From Alphaproteobacteria bacterium (GTDB lineage Bacteria > Pseudomonadota > Alphaproteobacteria > UBA828 > JAPUJA01), in contig CBDAPE010000019.1 in the NCBI GenBank assembly GCA_965198325.1, positions 75,284-139,283 of the forward strand: DNA of 64,000 bases. The letters are read 5' to 3'. The notes under the pieces were generated by a model. It was given only the letters and a program-made list of their open reading frames with translations. It was not told the origin of the DNA and did not search any database. Shown here one piece after another: positions 40,713 through 50,399 of this stretch (within the stretch, counting starts at the first letter, position 1; every line of letters starts with the position of its first letter). The translations under genes were made by a program, and so were the position numbers.

Positions 40713-40953
40713 CCAGCCCTCGATCGGCGTGAAATGGCTGAGCCCTAATCAGCCGACAATCAGTCGACCCGCGATTCAAGGGCATCATCGATCCAACTTC
40801 GGATCTGGGGAAAATCCCCCAAAAATCTGTACACAATTCATGACATACAGGAATAATTATTAATATATTTTGTAGAGATCACAAATTTTATTCATATTTT
40901 TCAATCTGTTACGTTATATTTGGTAAAAAATATTCTTTAATTTCATTTTTATG

Positions 40954-40982
40954 TTGACATAATTATATGATATATGTATATT
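40954..40982 (+). promoter_or_regulatory. Near-consensus sigma70 promoter in a very AT-rich tract
   Basis: TTGACA (40954-40959), 17 nt, TATATT (40977-40982). Confidence 0.6.
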
Positions 40983-41114
40983 TCTAATCATGACGTTATG
41001 CAGCAACTGAATAGGAGATCAACCCCGGGTCAGCGCTTCTAGCCGGCGAAGGCCCAAGACCTGAAACAGACGATGAAATTCTAGGGAGGCATCTAGAATA
41101 CTCTCCGCGCTAAG

Positions 41115-41163
41115 CGGCGGGGCCGACTTCAACCCTTCGAAGATCGCCCCGCCGAATTTTTTT
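41115..41163 (+). terminator. Intrinsic-terminator-like hairpin inside the leader of the aldehyde dehydrogenase operon
   Basis: CGGCGGGGCCGA...TCGCCCCGCCG stem followed by AATTTTTTT. Confidence 0.5.
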
Positions 41164-41299
41164 GTTCGACATCTGGTCACCCCCGAACGACGCCTCATCC
41201 CCCTAACATCGATCACCTGCAGCGGGTTGCGGTTGAAGCGGGCATCCTTGTCGCCGTAGCATCGGTCGTGCCGTCCACGCGCCGGTCTGGAGTCAATCG

Positions 41300-42766
41300 A
41301 TGAGCATGATCGAGTATCCCTTCGACCCAACCGCCATCGATACGATGGTCATCAGCGGCGAACGCTGCCAAGCGCGCTCCGGCAAGACGATCGAGGTCTT
41401 TGATTCGGCTACGGGTCTGGCCATAACCCGGGTTCCCCGTGGCGATCGAGCAGATGTCGACCGGGCAATGGAAAGCGCCCGCGAGGCAGGCCGGGGCCCC
41501 TGGCGCACGCTATCGCTAATCGAACGGGCGGCCGCACTTCACCGAATCGCAGGGCTGATTCGCGAGCGCGGAACCTTCCTAGCCCAGGTCGAATGCGTCG
41601 ACGTGGGCAAGCCCCTCTCCCAGGCCTTGCGGGATGTGCGCCGAGCGGCGGATTATTTCGACTTTTACGCGGGCGTCGCGGACAAACTGCACGGCGAAAG
41701 CGTGCCCCTCGGCGCAGACCAATTCTGTTTTACCGTGCTCGAGCCGGTTGGCGTTACCGGCCATATCGTGCCCTGGAACTATCCTCTCTCCACCGTGGCG
41801 CGGGGGCTGGGCCCGGCTCTCGCTTGCGGCAACACGGCCGTGGTCAAGCCGGCCGAACAGACGTCGCTCTCGACGATCGTGCTTGCCGGGCTCGTGCTCG
41901 ACGCGGGCCTGCCCGCAGGCGTCGTGAACGTCGTGACTGGACTGGGCGATGAGGCTGGCGCAGCGCTGGCCTCCCACCCCGACCTCGGTCATTTGACCTT
42001 CACGGGCTCGGTGCCCACGGGACGCGCCGCCATGCAAAGCGCCGCGGCGTCGGTCGCCGGCCTCACCCTTGAGCTCGGCGGCAAGTCGCCCGTTGTCGTC
42101 ATGGCGGACGCCGACCTGGACGAGGCCGCAAGGGGGCTGGTTCGGGGAATCTTCTTCAACGCCGGCCAGATTTGTACGGCGGGCTCGCGTCTCGTCGTCG
42201 AGCGACCGGTTCACGGCCTGCTGGTCAAGGCCCTGGTGGCGCAGGCGGACGCGCTGACCCTCGATCACGGACTGCGAGACCCGGAGATGGGGCCCCTCGT
42301 CTCGGCGAAGCAGCTTGACCGCGTGGCGGGCTTCGTCGAGCGCGCCGGAGCAGCCGGCATCGAGCTGGCGACCGGCGGCCGCGCTGCGACGCTGAACGAG
42401 TTTTCCGCCGGCGCATTCTTCGAGCCGACCATTCTCGACAACGTCCCGACCGACGCGGAGATTGCCCAGGAGGAAATCTTCGGCCCGGTTCTCACGGTCC
42501 ATCCCGTCGCCGACCTCGACGAGGCGATTGCAGTCTCGAACGCCACGCGCTTTGGCCTGGCCGCCGGCATTTACACGCACGACGTGAGCAGCGCCCTACG
42601 GTTTGCCCGGGATGTCGAGGCCGGCCAGGTCTTTATTAACGGTTACCTCAAGGGTGGCGACACGGTCCCCTTTGGCGGCATGAAGCAGAGCGGCTTCGGG
42701 CGAGAAAAGGGTCTTGCGGCGCTGCATAACTATTGCGCGGTCAAGGTCGTGACCGCGAGCATCTGA
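41300..42766 (+). CDS. Aldehyde dehydrogenase
   Basis: IVPWNYP, KPAEQT, FTGS, LELGGKSP, NAGQICTAGSR, EEIFGPV. Confidence 0.95.
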   Translation: MSMIEYPFDPTAIDTMVISGERCQARSGKTIEVFDSATGLAITRVPRGDRADVDRAMESAREAGRGPWRTLSLIERAAALHRIAGLIRERGTFLAQVECVDVGKPLSQALRDVRRAADYFDFYAGVADKLHGESVPLGADQFCFTVLEPVGVTGHIVPWNYPLSTVARGLGPALACGNTAVVKPAEQTSLSTIVLAGLVLDAGLPAGVVNVVTGLGDEAGAALASHPDLGHLTFTGSVPTGRAAMQSAAASVAGLTLELGGKSPVVVMADADLDEAARGLVRGIFFNAGQICTAGSRLVVERPVHGLLVKALVAQADALTLDHGLRDPEMGPLVSAKQLDRVAGFVERAGAAGIELATGGRAATLNEFSAGAFFEPTILDNVPTDAEIAQEEIFGPVLTVHPVADLDEAIAVSNATRFGLAAGIYTHDVSSALRFARDVEAGQVFINGYLKGGDTVPFGGMKQSGFGREKGLAALHNYCAVKVVTASI

Positions 42767-44277
42767 TGGCTGGCGGCACCGATCCGGCAGGCGGGCGCCT
42801 CGATGCGAACGTCGTCGTGGTGGGCGCCGGCAACGCGGCGTTCTGCGCCGCCCTGGCCGCGCGCGAACAGGGCGCCTCGGTGATCATGCTCGAGCGCGCG
42901 CCGGAGGAGGAAGCCGGCGGCAATACCCGGTTTACCGCTGGAGCCATGCGCTTCGCCTATGACGATGTCGACGACCTCAGGGCCCTGATGCCCGACCTCA
43001 CCGATCGTGAGCTGGTCGAGACCGACTTCGGCACCTACCCGGAAAGCCAGTTCTTCGACGACATGGGACGCATCACCGATTACCGCGCAGACCCCGATCT
43101 GGTCGAACTCCTGGTCCGGCGCAGCCGGCCCACCATGATGTGGATGAAATCGAACGGTGTACGCTTCGTGCCTCTCTACGGCCGACAGGCCTTCAAGGTC
43201 GATGACAGGTTCAAATTTTGGGGCGGGCTCACGGTCGAGACATGGGGCGGCGGTCCCGGCCTTGTCGAGGCACTGACCCGGGCCGCCACCGATGCCGGAA
43301 TCGAGGTTCGCTACGGGAACCGCGCACTCGAGCTGATTTACGACGACGATGGCGTACAAGGTGTCCGGGCACGCTCACAAGGCCGTACGGAAGCGGTCCG
43401 GGCCCGGGCCGTCGTGCTGGCGGCGGGCGGCTTCCAGGCGAATACCGAATGGCGCACCCGCTATCTGGGACCCGGTTGGGATCTCGCCAAGGTTCGCGGC
43501 ACGCGCTTTAACACGGGCGACGGCATTCGCATGGCCCTCGACATCGGCGCGAGTCCCTATGGCAATTGGTCGGGCTGTCATGCGGTGGGCTGGGAGCGGA
43601 ACGCGCCCGAATTCGGCGATCTTGCCGTGGGCGACGGCTTCCAGAAACACAGCTATCCGTTCGGCATCATGATCAACGCGAAGGGCGAACGCTTCGTCGA
43701 TGAGGGCGCCGATTTCCGCAATTATACCTACGCCCGGTACGGCCGGGAAATCCTCGCCCAGCCTGGCCAGTTCGCCTGGCAGATCTTCGATGCCAAGGCC
43801 GCTCCGTTGTTGCGCGACGAATACCGCATCCGGCAGATCACGAGGGTGAGCGCCGAAACGCTTGGCGATTTGGCCGCAAAGCTGGACGACGTCGACGCCG
43901 CGGCCGCACTCGCCACGATGATCGTCTTCAACGCTGCGGTGCGGGACGACGTTCCCTTCGACCCGAACGTCAAGGACGGCCGCGGCACGCGAGGTCTCAC
44001 GATCCCGAAATCGAACTGGGCGAATGCGCTCGACACACCGCCTTTCGAGGCCTATGCGGTCACCTGCGGCATCACCTTTACGTTCGGCGGTTTAAGGATC
44101 TCCACGGATGGCCAGGTGTTCGATGTGGATCAACGGCCGATCCCTGGTCTCTATGCGTGCGGCGAGCTGGTCGGAGGCATCTTTTACAGCAATTATCCGG
44201 GCGGCACGGGCCTGACGTCGGGCGCCGTGTTCGGAAAAATTGCGGGTGCCGGCGCGGGCGCCGCCGCAGGTCGCTGA
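42766..44277 (+). CDS. FAD-dependent TcuA-like (tricarballylate dehydrogenase family) flavoprotein
   Basis: VVGAGNAAFCAALAA, GGNTRFT, GGFQAN, RGTRFNTGDG, GITFTFGGL, NYPGGTGLTSG; TGATG overlap. Confidence 0.85.
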   Translation: MAGGTDPAGGRLDANVVVVGAGNAAFCAALAAREQGASVIMLERAPEEEAGGNTRFTAGAMRFAYDDVDDLRALMPDLTDRELVETDFGTYPESQFFDDMGRITDYRADPDLVELLVRRSRPTMMWMKSNGVRFVPLYGRQAFKVDDRFKFWGGLTVETWGGGPGLVEALTRAATDAGIEVRYGNRALELIYDDDGVQGVRARSQGRTEAVRARAVVLAAGGFQANTEWRTRYLGPGWDLAKVRGTRFNTGDGIRMALDIGASPYGNWSGCHAVGWERNAPEFGDLAVGDGFQKHSYPFGIMINAKGERFVDEGADFRNYTYARYGREILAQPGQFAWQIFDAKAAPLLRDEYRIRQITRVSAETLGDLAAKLDDVDAAAALATMIVFNAAVRDDVPFDPNVKDGRGTRGLTIPKSNWANALDTPPFEAYAVTCGITFTFGGLRISTDGQVFDVDQRPIPGLYACGELVGGIFYSNYPGGTGLTSGAVFGKIAGAGAGAAAGR

Positions 44278-44385
44278 CGCAGGCTACGGGGTCGTTGACC
44301 CCAATTCACCGGCGACACGTGCCGCCCGGACAGCCTTGAAACCGGCCCAGGACGATCATCCCGGGGACGAGGAATACGCCGGCTG

Positions 44386-45549
44386 CTAGCGCAGCTTCCC
44401 GACCAGGTATTCATGAAACGCGTGCACGCTCTGCTCCCAGGCAGGAGACAGCACGCTGCCCTCGTTCATAGCCGGTGACATCTGTCCGGCTTGCTGCTCC
44501 CTGTGGATTTGGATGTCCTCCTCCTCCACCTCGACGGTCAGACGGCGCCAATCCTCGACGACGTTTTCCGGGGGTCTGCCGCCCGTCGTCGTATAGCCGT
44601 AAACCCGAAAGATCGTCTTGTCGGGCGCGAGCGGCAGCATCATCCGGGTCATGACGATGTCGGGCGCGTAGGTGACTAGAAACAGGTTCGGCAACAAGAC
44701 GATGTAACGCGCGCTCATATCAAGCGATTCGGGGCCGGCGTCCGCCGACGACGCGTCGTTGCAACCGGCGCCCGCGATATCGATTCCCGAGCCGATACAG
44801 GCACCGCTGATGATCGAGAAGTGATCCTCCAGCGGCTGCTTGGCCGCGGTTTTGGCGTGGACGATCGGCACATGGTAATTTTCGAGTGAATTCTCGAGGA
44901 TCAGCTTCCAGTTCGCCGGCACCTCGCCAAAATCGAGACTGAGGAACGGCGTCAGGCTATCGAACGAGAACGCCGTGACTTCGGCCAGAAGGGGCTTGAG
45001 GTAGTCCTGCAAGGGCGGCGCGGTGCCGTCCGGGTTGATGAAGATCCAGTCGCCCCAGACGTCGCAGCGAAGCGACTTCAGCCCGAAGTCCGCGGGATCG
45101 AAGCCCTCCGGCGTGGCCTGGCGATGACCGCCGAAGTTGGGGCTCGCCTTCAGACGCCCGTCGAGGTGATACGCCCAACCGTGGTAGGGACAGACGATGG
45201 AGCGCAAGCCGGAACAGGGTTTGTTGAGCAACCGCGTTCCCCGATGACGGCAGGCGTTGTGAAAGACCCGGACCTCGCCGTGTGAATCCCGCAGCAGGAG
45301 AATCGGCAAGCCCAGAATTCGCTCGGACCGGGCATCGCCGGGCTCCGGAACCTCGTGGGCGTTGCCCACATAAATCCAGCTCGGCGCATAAAGGCGCTCG
45401 TATTCCAGCTCGAGCAGCGCCTGGCTGCTGTAGGCCTGTCCCGGCAATCCCCGGGCCGGGCGGGTCGGCGATGTCAGCCGTGTGGCCGCCTCTTCGCCGA
45501 TTACGTCTTCGAAAGGATCGGGCATTCGCGTTACGCCATCAGAGGTCAC
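44386..45549 (-). CDS. Rieske oxygenase alpha subunit (second)
   Basis: NACRHRG, CPYHGW, NWKLILENSLENYHVPIVH. Confidence 0.9.
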   Translation of the reverse strand: MTSDGVTRMPDPFEDVIGEEAATRLTSPTRPARGLPGQAYSSQALLELEYERLYAPSWIYVGNAHEVPEPGDARSERILGLPILLLRDSHGEVRVFHNACRHRGTRLLNKPCSGLRSIVCPYHGWAYHLDGRLKASPNFGGHRQATPEGFDPADFGLKSLRCDVWGDWIFINPDGTAPPLQDYLKPLLAEVTAFSFDSLTPFLSLDFGEVPANWKLILENSLENYHVPIVHAKTAAKQPLEDHFSIISGACIGSGIDIAGAGCNDASSADAGPESLDMSARYIVLLPNLFLVTYAPDIVMTRMMLPLAPDKTIFRVYGYTTTGGRPPENVVEDWRRLTVEVEEEDIQIHREQQAGQMSPAMNEGSVLSPAWEQSVHAFHEYLVGKLR

Positions 45550-45774
45550 GAAAGGTCAACCCGCGTTCCATGCAGTTCGCGTCGGCCCATGCGCCCGGCG
45601 GTCAGACGATCGATCGCACGAACCTTGCGAAGCGCCAACGATTCTCCTCACTATGGTATCGTCATCGAACGGATATCACGATATCACAGCGTCTGACGGC
45701 ACACTACGTCCAGGCCGACCGCCATCGGCCGCAGCCCGCCCTCGCGAGGCATATCGAAGACCCGGAGTTGCGAG

Positions 45775-46788
45775 ATGAGCACGCCCGCCTGCACGATCTC
45801 GGATCGCTGGCGCGACCCGGCCGCCGGCTGTGACATTCCGGTCCTCGATCTCGCGGAATATCAAGGCAACGAGCCCGGCGCACTCCCCCGATTGGCGGTG
45901 GAACTCCGCCAAGCGTTCGAGGACGTTGGCTTTTTCTATGTGATCAACCATGGCATCCCGAAGGTATTGCTCGACCGCACATTCTCCGAGACCGCCCGGT
46001 TTCACGCCTTGCCGTCCGAAGCCAAGACCAGGATCGCGATCAACCACGATCACGTCGGTTATATGGGCGTTGAGAGCGAAGCATCGCGCACCTCGGAATA
46101 CCACACCGGCACGATCAAGCCCGATGTCGGCGAGGCCTTCTTCATCCTGCGCGACCGCGCGCCCGTCCCGCTCGAGGTCGAGAACCAATGGCCGGACAAT
46201 CTGCCCGGCTTCAGAGAGACCCTGGTTGAATATTTCGAGACAGCCGAGGCGCTCTTTCGCCGAATGCTGCCGATCTTTGCGGTCAGCCTCGACCTGCCAC
46301 CGGCACATTTCGAGCCTGCGTTCGGCGTGTACGAGACACTTTCCATGCTGCGCGCAGCGCATTTCGGGCCGGACGACGAGCTCGAAGCCAACCAGTTCAA
46401 TCTGGCGCCGCACACCGACAGCACGTTCGTCACGCTGCTCCCGACGACCGAGGTCCCGGGCCTCGATCTGCTGGGGCCGTCGGGAGAGTGGTTCGCGGCA
46501 CCACCGATTCCCGATTCCATCCTGTTCAACTCGGGCGACCTGATGACCCGCTGGACGAACGGCCGATTCCTGTCCACGCCGCACCGCGTGATCAACCGGT
46601 CTGGCCGCGACCGCTATTCGATCCCCCTGTTCGTTCACCCGAACGCGGATTTCATCATCGAATGCCTGCCGACCTGCACGACGACCGACACCCCGCCAAG
46701 GGAGCCGCCCATCCGGTCGGCCGATTACCTCGCCTGGTACATGGAGAAAAATTTCAAGCACGCCGCGGAGACGTGGCTCGAGCCCTAG
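45775..46788 (+). CDS. 2-oxoglutarate/Fe(II) oxygenase, isopenicillin N synthase-like family
   Basis: IPVLDL, VGFFYVINHGI, PHTD, STPHRV, RYSIPLF. Confidence 0.9.
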   Translation: MSTPACTISDRWRDPAAGCDIPVLDLAEYQGNEPGALPRLAVELRQAFEDVGFFYVINHGIPKVLLDRTFSETARFHALPSEAKTRIAINHDHVGYMGVESEASRTSEYHTGTIKPDVGEAFFILRDRAPVPLEVENQWPDNLPGFRETLVEYFETAEALFRRMLPIFAVSLDLPPAHFEPAFGVYETLSMLRAAHFGPDDELEANQFNLAPHTDSTFVTLLPTTEVPGLDLLGPSGEWFAAPPIPDSILFNSGDLMTRWTNGRFLSTPHRVINRSGRDRYSIPLFVHPNADFIIECLPTCTTTDTPPREPPIRSADYLAWYMEKNFKHAAETWLEP

Positions 46789-46864
46789 GATCGGCCCGGC
46801 AGGAACTGGGCGCGCGCGGCGGCCCCGTTCCACCCCCAAAAACCACCTAACCCCTTGAAAAGAT

Positions 46865-46882
46865 TGGTGGGCCGAAGGGGAC
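46865..46882 (-). other. tRNA-3'-end-like remnant (possible att site)
   Basis: Minus strand reads GTCCCCTTCGGCCCACCA ending in CCA; lies at the boundary between catabolic genes and low-GC/IS region; no full cloverleaf. Confidence 0.35.
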
Positions 46883-47117
46883 AAAACTGGGCACTGGCTT
46901 AATTTTGCATCAATGCCGGTCGAGAAGTCCGCCATCAAGCTATAACGAGACCCGGCACAACAGTTGACGAAACGACTGCCTTTGACCTTAAGCTAAATCT
47001 CTAATTTCTTCCGGTCAGCACCAATTCGGATCTCAAGAAACCCTATTTCGTACCAGCGGCGGTCAAATTTCAGAAATGGGAAAATACCATTAACGATTAA
47101 AACAGGAGCGCGCCACG

Positions 47118-47702
47118 TTGCCACACGAATGCTCGGCACAAAATCACGACTGGGATCTAACCCTTCGAGCGTCACATGAGCTTTTAATGCTTGGACAGTT
47201 TGTTGAAAAAAATTCAAAAGCAGAAACATCAAGCAAAATTTTTTCGTGCTGGACCGGCTCAATGCTCCTTTCATTCTGCGCAATAGAGAGCTTCTCTGCA
47301 TCGGTTGCCTTCTCGATGCCAAGCCATGAGCGGTTCAGAGATTTTGATTTTAAAAAATACAAAAGCCTGTCAAGGTTTTGGGACAAGATAGAATTACTTT
47401 GCGGAAAAATTCAGATTAAAATCGATAAATCCGAAGGATTGTTTCAAAAAATCGGGGAAATGCAGCAGTGGCGAAATCTTGTTACCCATGCCTCACCTTA
47501 CGACATCCCGGCAACTCTTGTTACGGACACCGTCGACGCACCTAGAAAGCTCCATAAACCTTTTAAGCACAAAGAAGACGCGAGTACAACTAATGTGCAA
47601 AATGCCAAAGAATTTCACTCGATGGCATTCGATTACATTGAATTGATTAAGACGCGCTCAGGAATAGATCCCCGCGCGACAGCGTCATATAAGGTCGGTT
47701 AG
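47118..47702 (+). CDS. Low-GC hypothetical protein with HEPN-like RxxxxH motif
   Basis: TTG start with AGGAG RBS; AIES and WRNLVTH motifs; markedly AT-richer than flanks. Confidence 0.65.
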   Translation: MPHECSAQNHDWDLTLRASHELLMLGQFVEKNSKAETSSKIFSCWTGSMLLSFCAIESFSASVAFSMPSHERFRDFDFKKYKSLSRFWDKIELLCGKIQIKIDKSEGLFQKIGEMQQWRNLVTHASPYDIPATLVTDTVDAPRKLHKPFKHKEDASTTNVQNAKEFHSMAFDYIELIKTRSGIDPRATASYKVG

Positions 47703-47946
47703 GCGGGCGCCGCCTAATGACCCCTAGGCGAGTCAACGAGGACAAAAATAGGCTCTGGGTAATAGCTATCAGAACACCACGTCAGAAACTTTCCAGCCTT
47801 TGAGCTTGTGATTTCAATTCAGGCCATTGTGAGAACGGCGGCGCAATAATCCCCCACTGAAGCGGCCGGTTGATCCGGCTGTGGCGGACCAAAATGGGAC
47901 CGTCTATAGCTTTCTGTCAGGGCTGCTCTGACTGGAAGGCGGGGGG

Positions 47947-49446
47947 ATGTATCGGGTGGATTTGTACGCGCGGGTTCGGCGGGCGTGTCGTGTCGAGGGA
48001 ATGAGCACCCGCGAGGCCTCGCGGGTGTTCGGGCTGGACCGCAAGACGGTCCGCAAGATGCTGTCGTTCTCGGTGCCGCCGGGGTCTCGCCGCGGCAAGC
48101 CGCCACGGCGGCCGAAGCGGGGTCCGTTCACGGGGATCATCGATCGGATTCTGGAAGACGATCGGACCAGCCACCACAAGCAACGGCCCACGGCGAAGCG
48201 GATCTTCGACCGTCTCCGGGACGAGTACGGCTTTACGGGCGGCTACACCATCGTGAAGGACTATGTCCGTGAGCGGCGGCTTCGGTCGCGCGAGATGTTC
48301 GTGCCGCTCGTCCATTCCCCCGGCCCCGCCCAGGCGGACTTCGGCGAGGCGATGGCGGTGATCGGCGGCGTGGCGTGCAAGGTCCACTTCCTTGCCTTCG
48401 ATCTTCCCCACAGTGATGCCTGCTTCGTGAAGGCCTACCCGGCGGAGACGACCGAGGCGTTCTGCGCTGGCCACAACGCGGCGGTTGCGTTCTTCGGCGG
48501 CGTCCCCCGATCCATCCTGTACGACAACACCAAGCTGGCAGTCGCCCGGATACTGGGCGATGGCAAGCGGCAGCGAACGCGCGTCTTCACGGACCTTCAA
48601 TCCCCCTATCTGTTCGAGGACAGGTTCGGCCGGCCGGGCAAGGGCAACGACAAAGGCAAGGTCGAGGGACTGGTCGGCTTCATCCGGCGGACCTTCCGGG
48701 TCCCCGTCCCGCGGGCCGAGAGCTTCGAGGCGCTGAACGATGCTCTCGCGGGACAGTGCCGCCGGCGCCAGGCGGCGCGGCTGCGGGGTCACAAGGAGAC
48801 CATCGGCGAGCGCCTCGCACGGGACCGGGAAGCCTTCTTGCCTCTCCCCCCGGCACCATACGATGCCTGCGACAAGCGCACTGGACGGGTGAGCTCGCTG
48901 TCGCTGGTGCGCTGCCGGGGCAACGACTACTCGGTGCCCGTGGCCTATGGCCACCGCGAGGTGCTGATCCGGTGCTCCGTCGACGAGGTCGTTATCTCTT
49001 GCGGCGCGGAGGTGATTGCCCGGCACCGCCGGTCCTACGACAGCGAGGACCTGATCTTCGACCCGCTGCATTACCTACCCTTGATCGAGCAGAAGATCGG
49101 CGCCCTCGACCAGGCCGCGCCGTTGGCGGGCTGGGACCTGCCCGAGGCCTTCATCACTCTGCGACGCCTGCTCGAAGCCCGCATGGGCAAGGCGGGCAAG
49201 CGCGAGTCCGTCCAGGTGCGCCGTCTGCTGGAGAGCTTCCGGCTCGAGGAGGTCGAGGGTGCGGTCGGCGACGCGCTCAGGCTCGGCGCCATCGGCTTCG
49301 ATGCGGTGAAGCACCTGGTACTGTGCCGCATCGAGCGGCGGCCGCCCCGGCTCAACCTCGAGGTCTATCCGTACCTGCCGCGCGCCCGGGTCGCGACGAC
49401 GTCTGCCAAGTCGTACATGAGCCTGCTGTCGGGGCTCGGCGCATGA
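47947..49446 (+). CDS. istA: IS21 transposase IstA (several radical substitutions)
   Basis: AQADFG, YDNTK, DKGKVEG, NDYSVP. Confidence 0.88.
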   Translation: MYRVDLYARVRRACRVEGMSTREASRVFGLDRKTVRKMLSFSVPPGSRRGKPPRRPKRGPFTGIIDRILEDDRTSHHKQRPTAKRIFDRLRDEYGFTGGYTIVKDYVRERRLRSREMFVPLVHSPGPAQADFGEAMAVIGGVACKVHFLAFDLPHSDACFVKAYPAETTEAFCAGHNAAVAFFGGVPRSILYDNTKLAVARILGDGKRQRTRVFTDLQSPYLFEDRFGRPGKGNDKGKVEGLVGFIRRTFRVPVPRAESFEALNDALAGQCRRRQAARLRGHKETIGERLARDREAFLPLPPAPYDACDKRTGRVSSLSLVRCRGNDYSVPVAYGHREVLIRCSVDEVVISCGAEVIARHRRSYDSEDLIFDPLHYLPLIEQKIGALDQAAPLAGWDLPEAFITLRRLLEARMGKAGKRESVQVRRLLESFRLEEVEGAVGDALRLGAIGFDAVKHLVLCRIERRPPRLNLEVYPYLPRARVATTSAKSYMSLLSGLGA

Positions 49447-50207
49447 CCGACACACCACGGCTGCTGCTCGTCCACCACCTCAAGAGGCTGAAGCTGCCGA
49501 CGGTCCTGAGGGAGTACGACAAGATCGCCCGGCAGTGCGCCTCTGAAGGCGTCGACCACGTTCGCTATCTTCTGCGTCTGGCCGAGCTCGAGCTGATCGA
49601 CCGCGAGCGCCGCATGGTCGAGCGGCGCATCAAGGCGGCGCGCTTCCCCGTGATCAAGAGCCTCGATAGCTTCGATTTCAAGGTCATCCCCTCGCTCAAC
49701 AAGACGTTGGTCCTGGAGCTCGCCCGCTGCGCGTACATCGAGCGCCGCGAGAACCTCATCGCGCTCGGCAACAGCGGCACCGGCAAGACCCACATCGCCC
49801 TCGGTCTCGGCTTGGCGGCCTGCCAGAAGGGCCTCTCGGTCGGCTTCATCACCGCCGCCGCGCTGGTCCACGAGCTCATCGAGGCCCGCGATGACAAGCA
49901 GCTGCTGAGGTTCCAGAAGAAGCTCGCCACCTACAAGCTTCTGATCGTCGACGAACGCGGCTTCGTGCCGCTGTCCAAGACCGGTGCCGAGCTCCTGTTC
50001 GAGGTGTTCAGCCAGCGCTACGAGCGCGGCTCGACCCTGGTCACCACCAATCTGTCGTTCGACGAATGGACCGAGGTGTTCGGCTCCGAGCGGCTTACCG
50101 GCGCTCTCCTCGACCGCCGCACCCACCACGTCAACATCCTCGAGATGAATGGCGAGAGCTACAGGCTCAACCAGAGCCGCAGGCGTCAAACCCCGACGGC
50201 GAACTGA
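49443..50207 (+). CDS. istB: IS21 helper ATPase IstB
   Basis: GNSGTGKTH Walker A, LIVDERGF Walker B, TTNL; ATGA overlap. Confidence 0.88.
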   Translation: MTDTPRLLLVHHLKRLKLPTVLREYDKIARQCASEGVDHVRYLLRLAELELIDRERRMVERRIKAARFPVIKSLDSFDFKVIPSLNKTLVLELARCAYIERRENLIALGNSGTGKTHIALGLGLAACQKGLSVGFITAAALVHELIEARDDKQLLRFQKKLATYKLLIVDERGFVPLSKTGAELLFEVFSQRYERGSTLVTTNLSFDEWTEVFGSERLTGALLDRRTHHVNILEMNGESYRLNQSRRRQTPTAN

Positions 50208-50399
50208 ACCGACCACCCAACCCACGCTTGACCCCATGGGCCCACAGGTCCCTCCCGCGCGCGCCGCCGCGTCGGCCTGTTGAGGGCACGTCGCGTTGCG
50301 CGCGGGGCCCGCCCATGGACTACGGGGACAAGCCCGCAGCCGCCAAGCGGTCCCTTCTTACACCGCCACGGTCGTCCCTTTTTGCTCCGCCATTGACAG

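Larger units (their letters stand above)
47830..50398 (+). mobile_element. IS21 family element, copy 1 (istA-istB)
   Basis: Left end TGAGAACGGCGGCGCAATAA, right end ...GCTCCGCCATTGACA with internal repeats; istA/istB overlap. Confidence 0.9.

Noticed and set aside
46830-46920. Intact tRNA gene
   Set aside because: Only an ~18-nt 3'-end-like segment; no T-loop TTC or cloverleaf.
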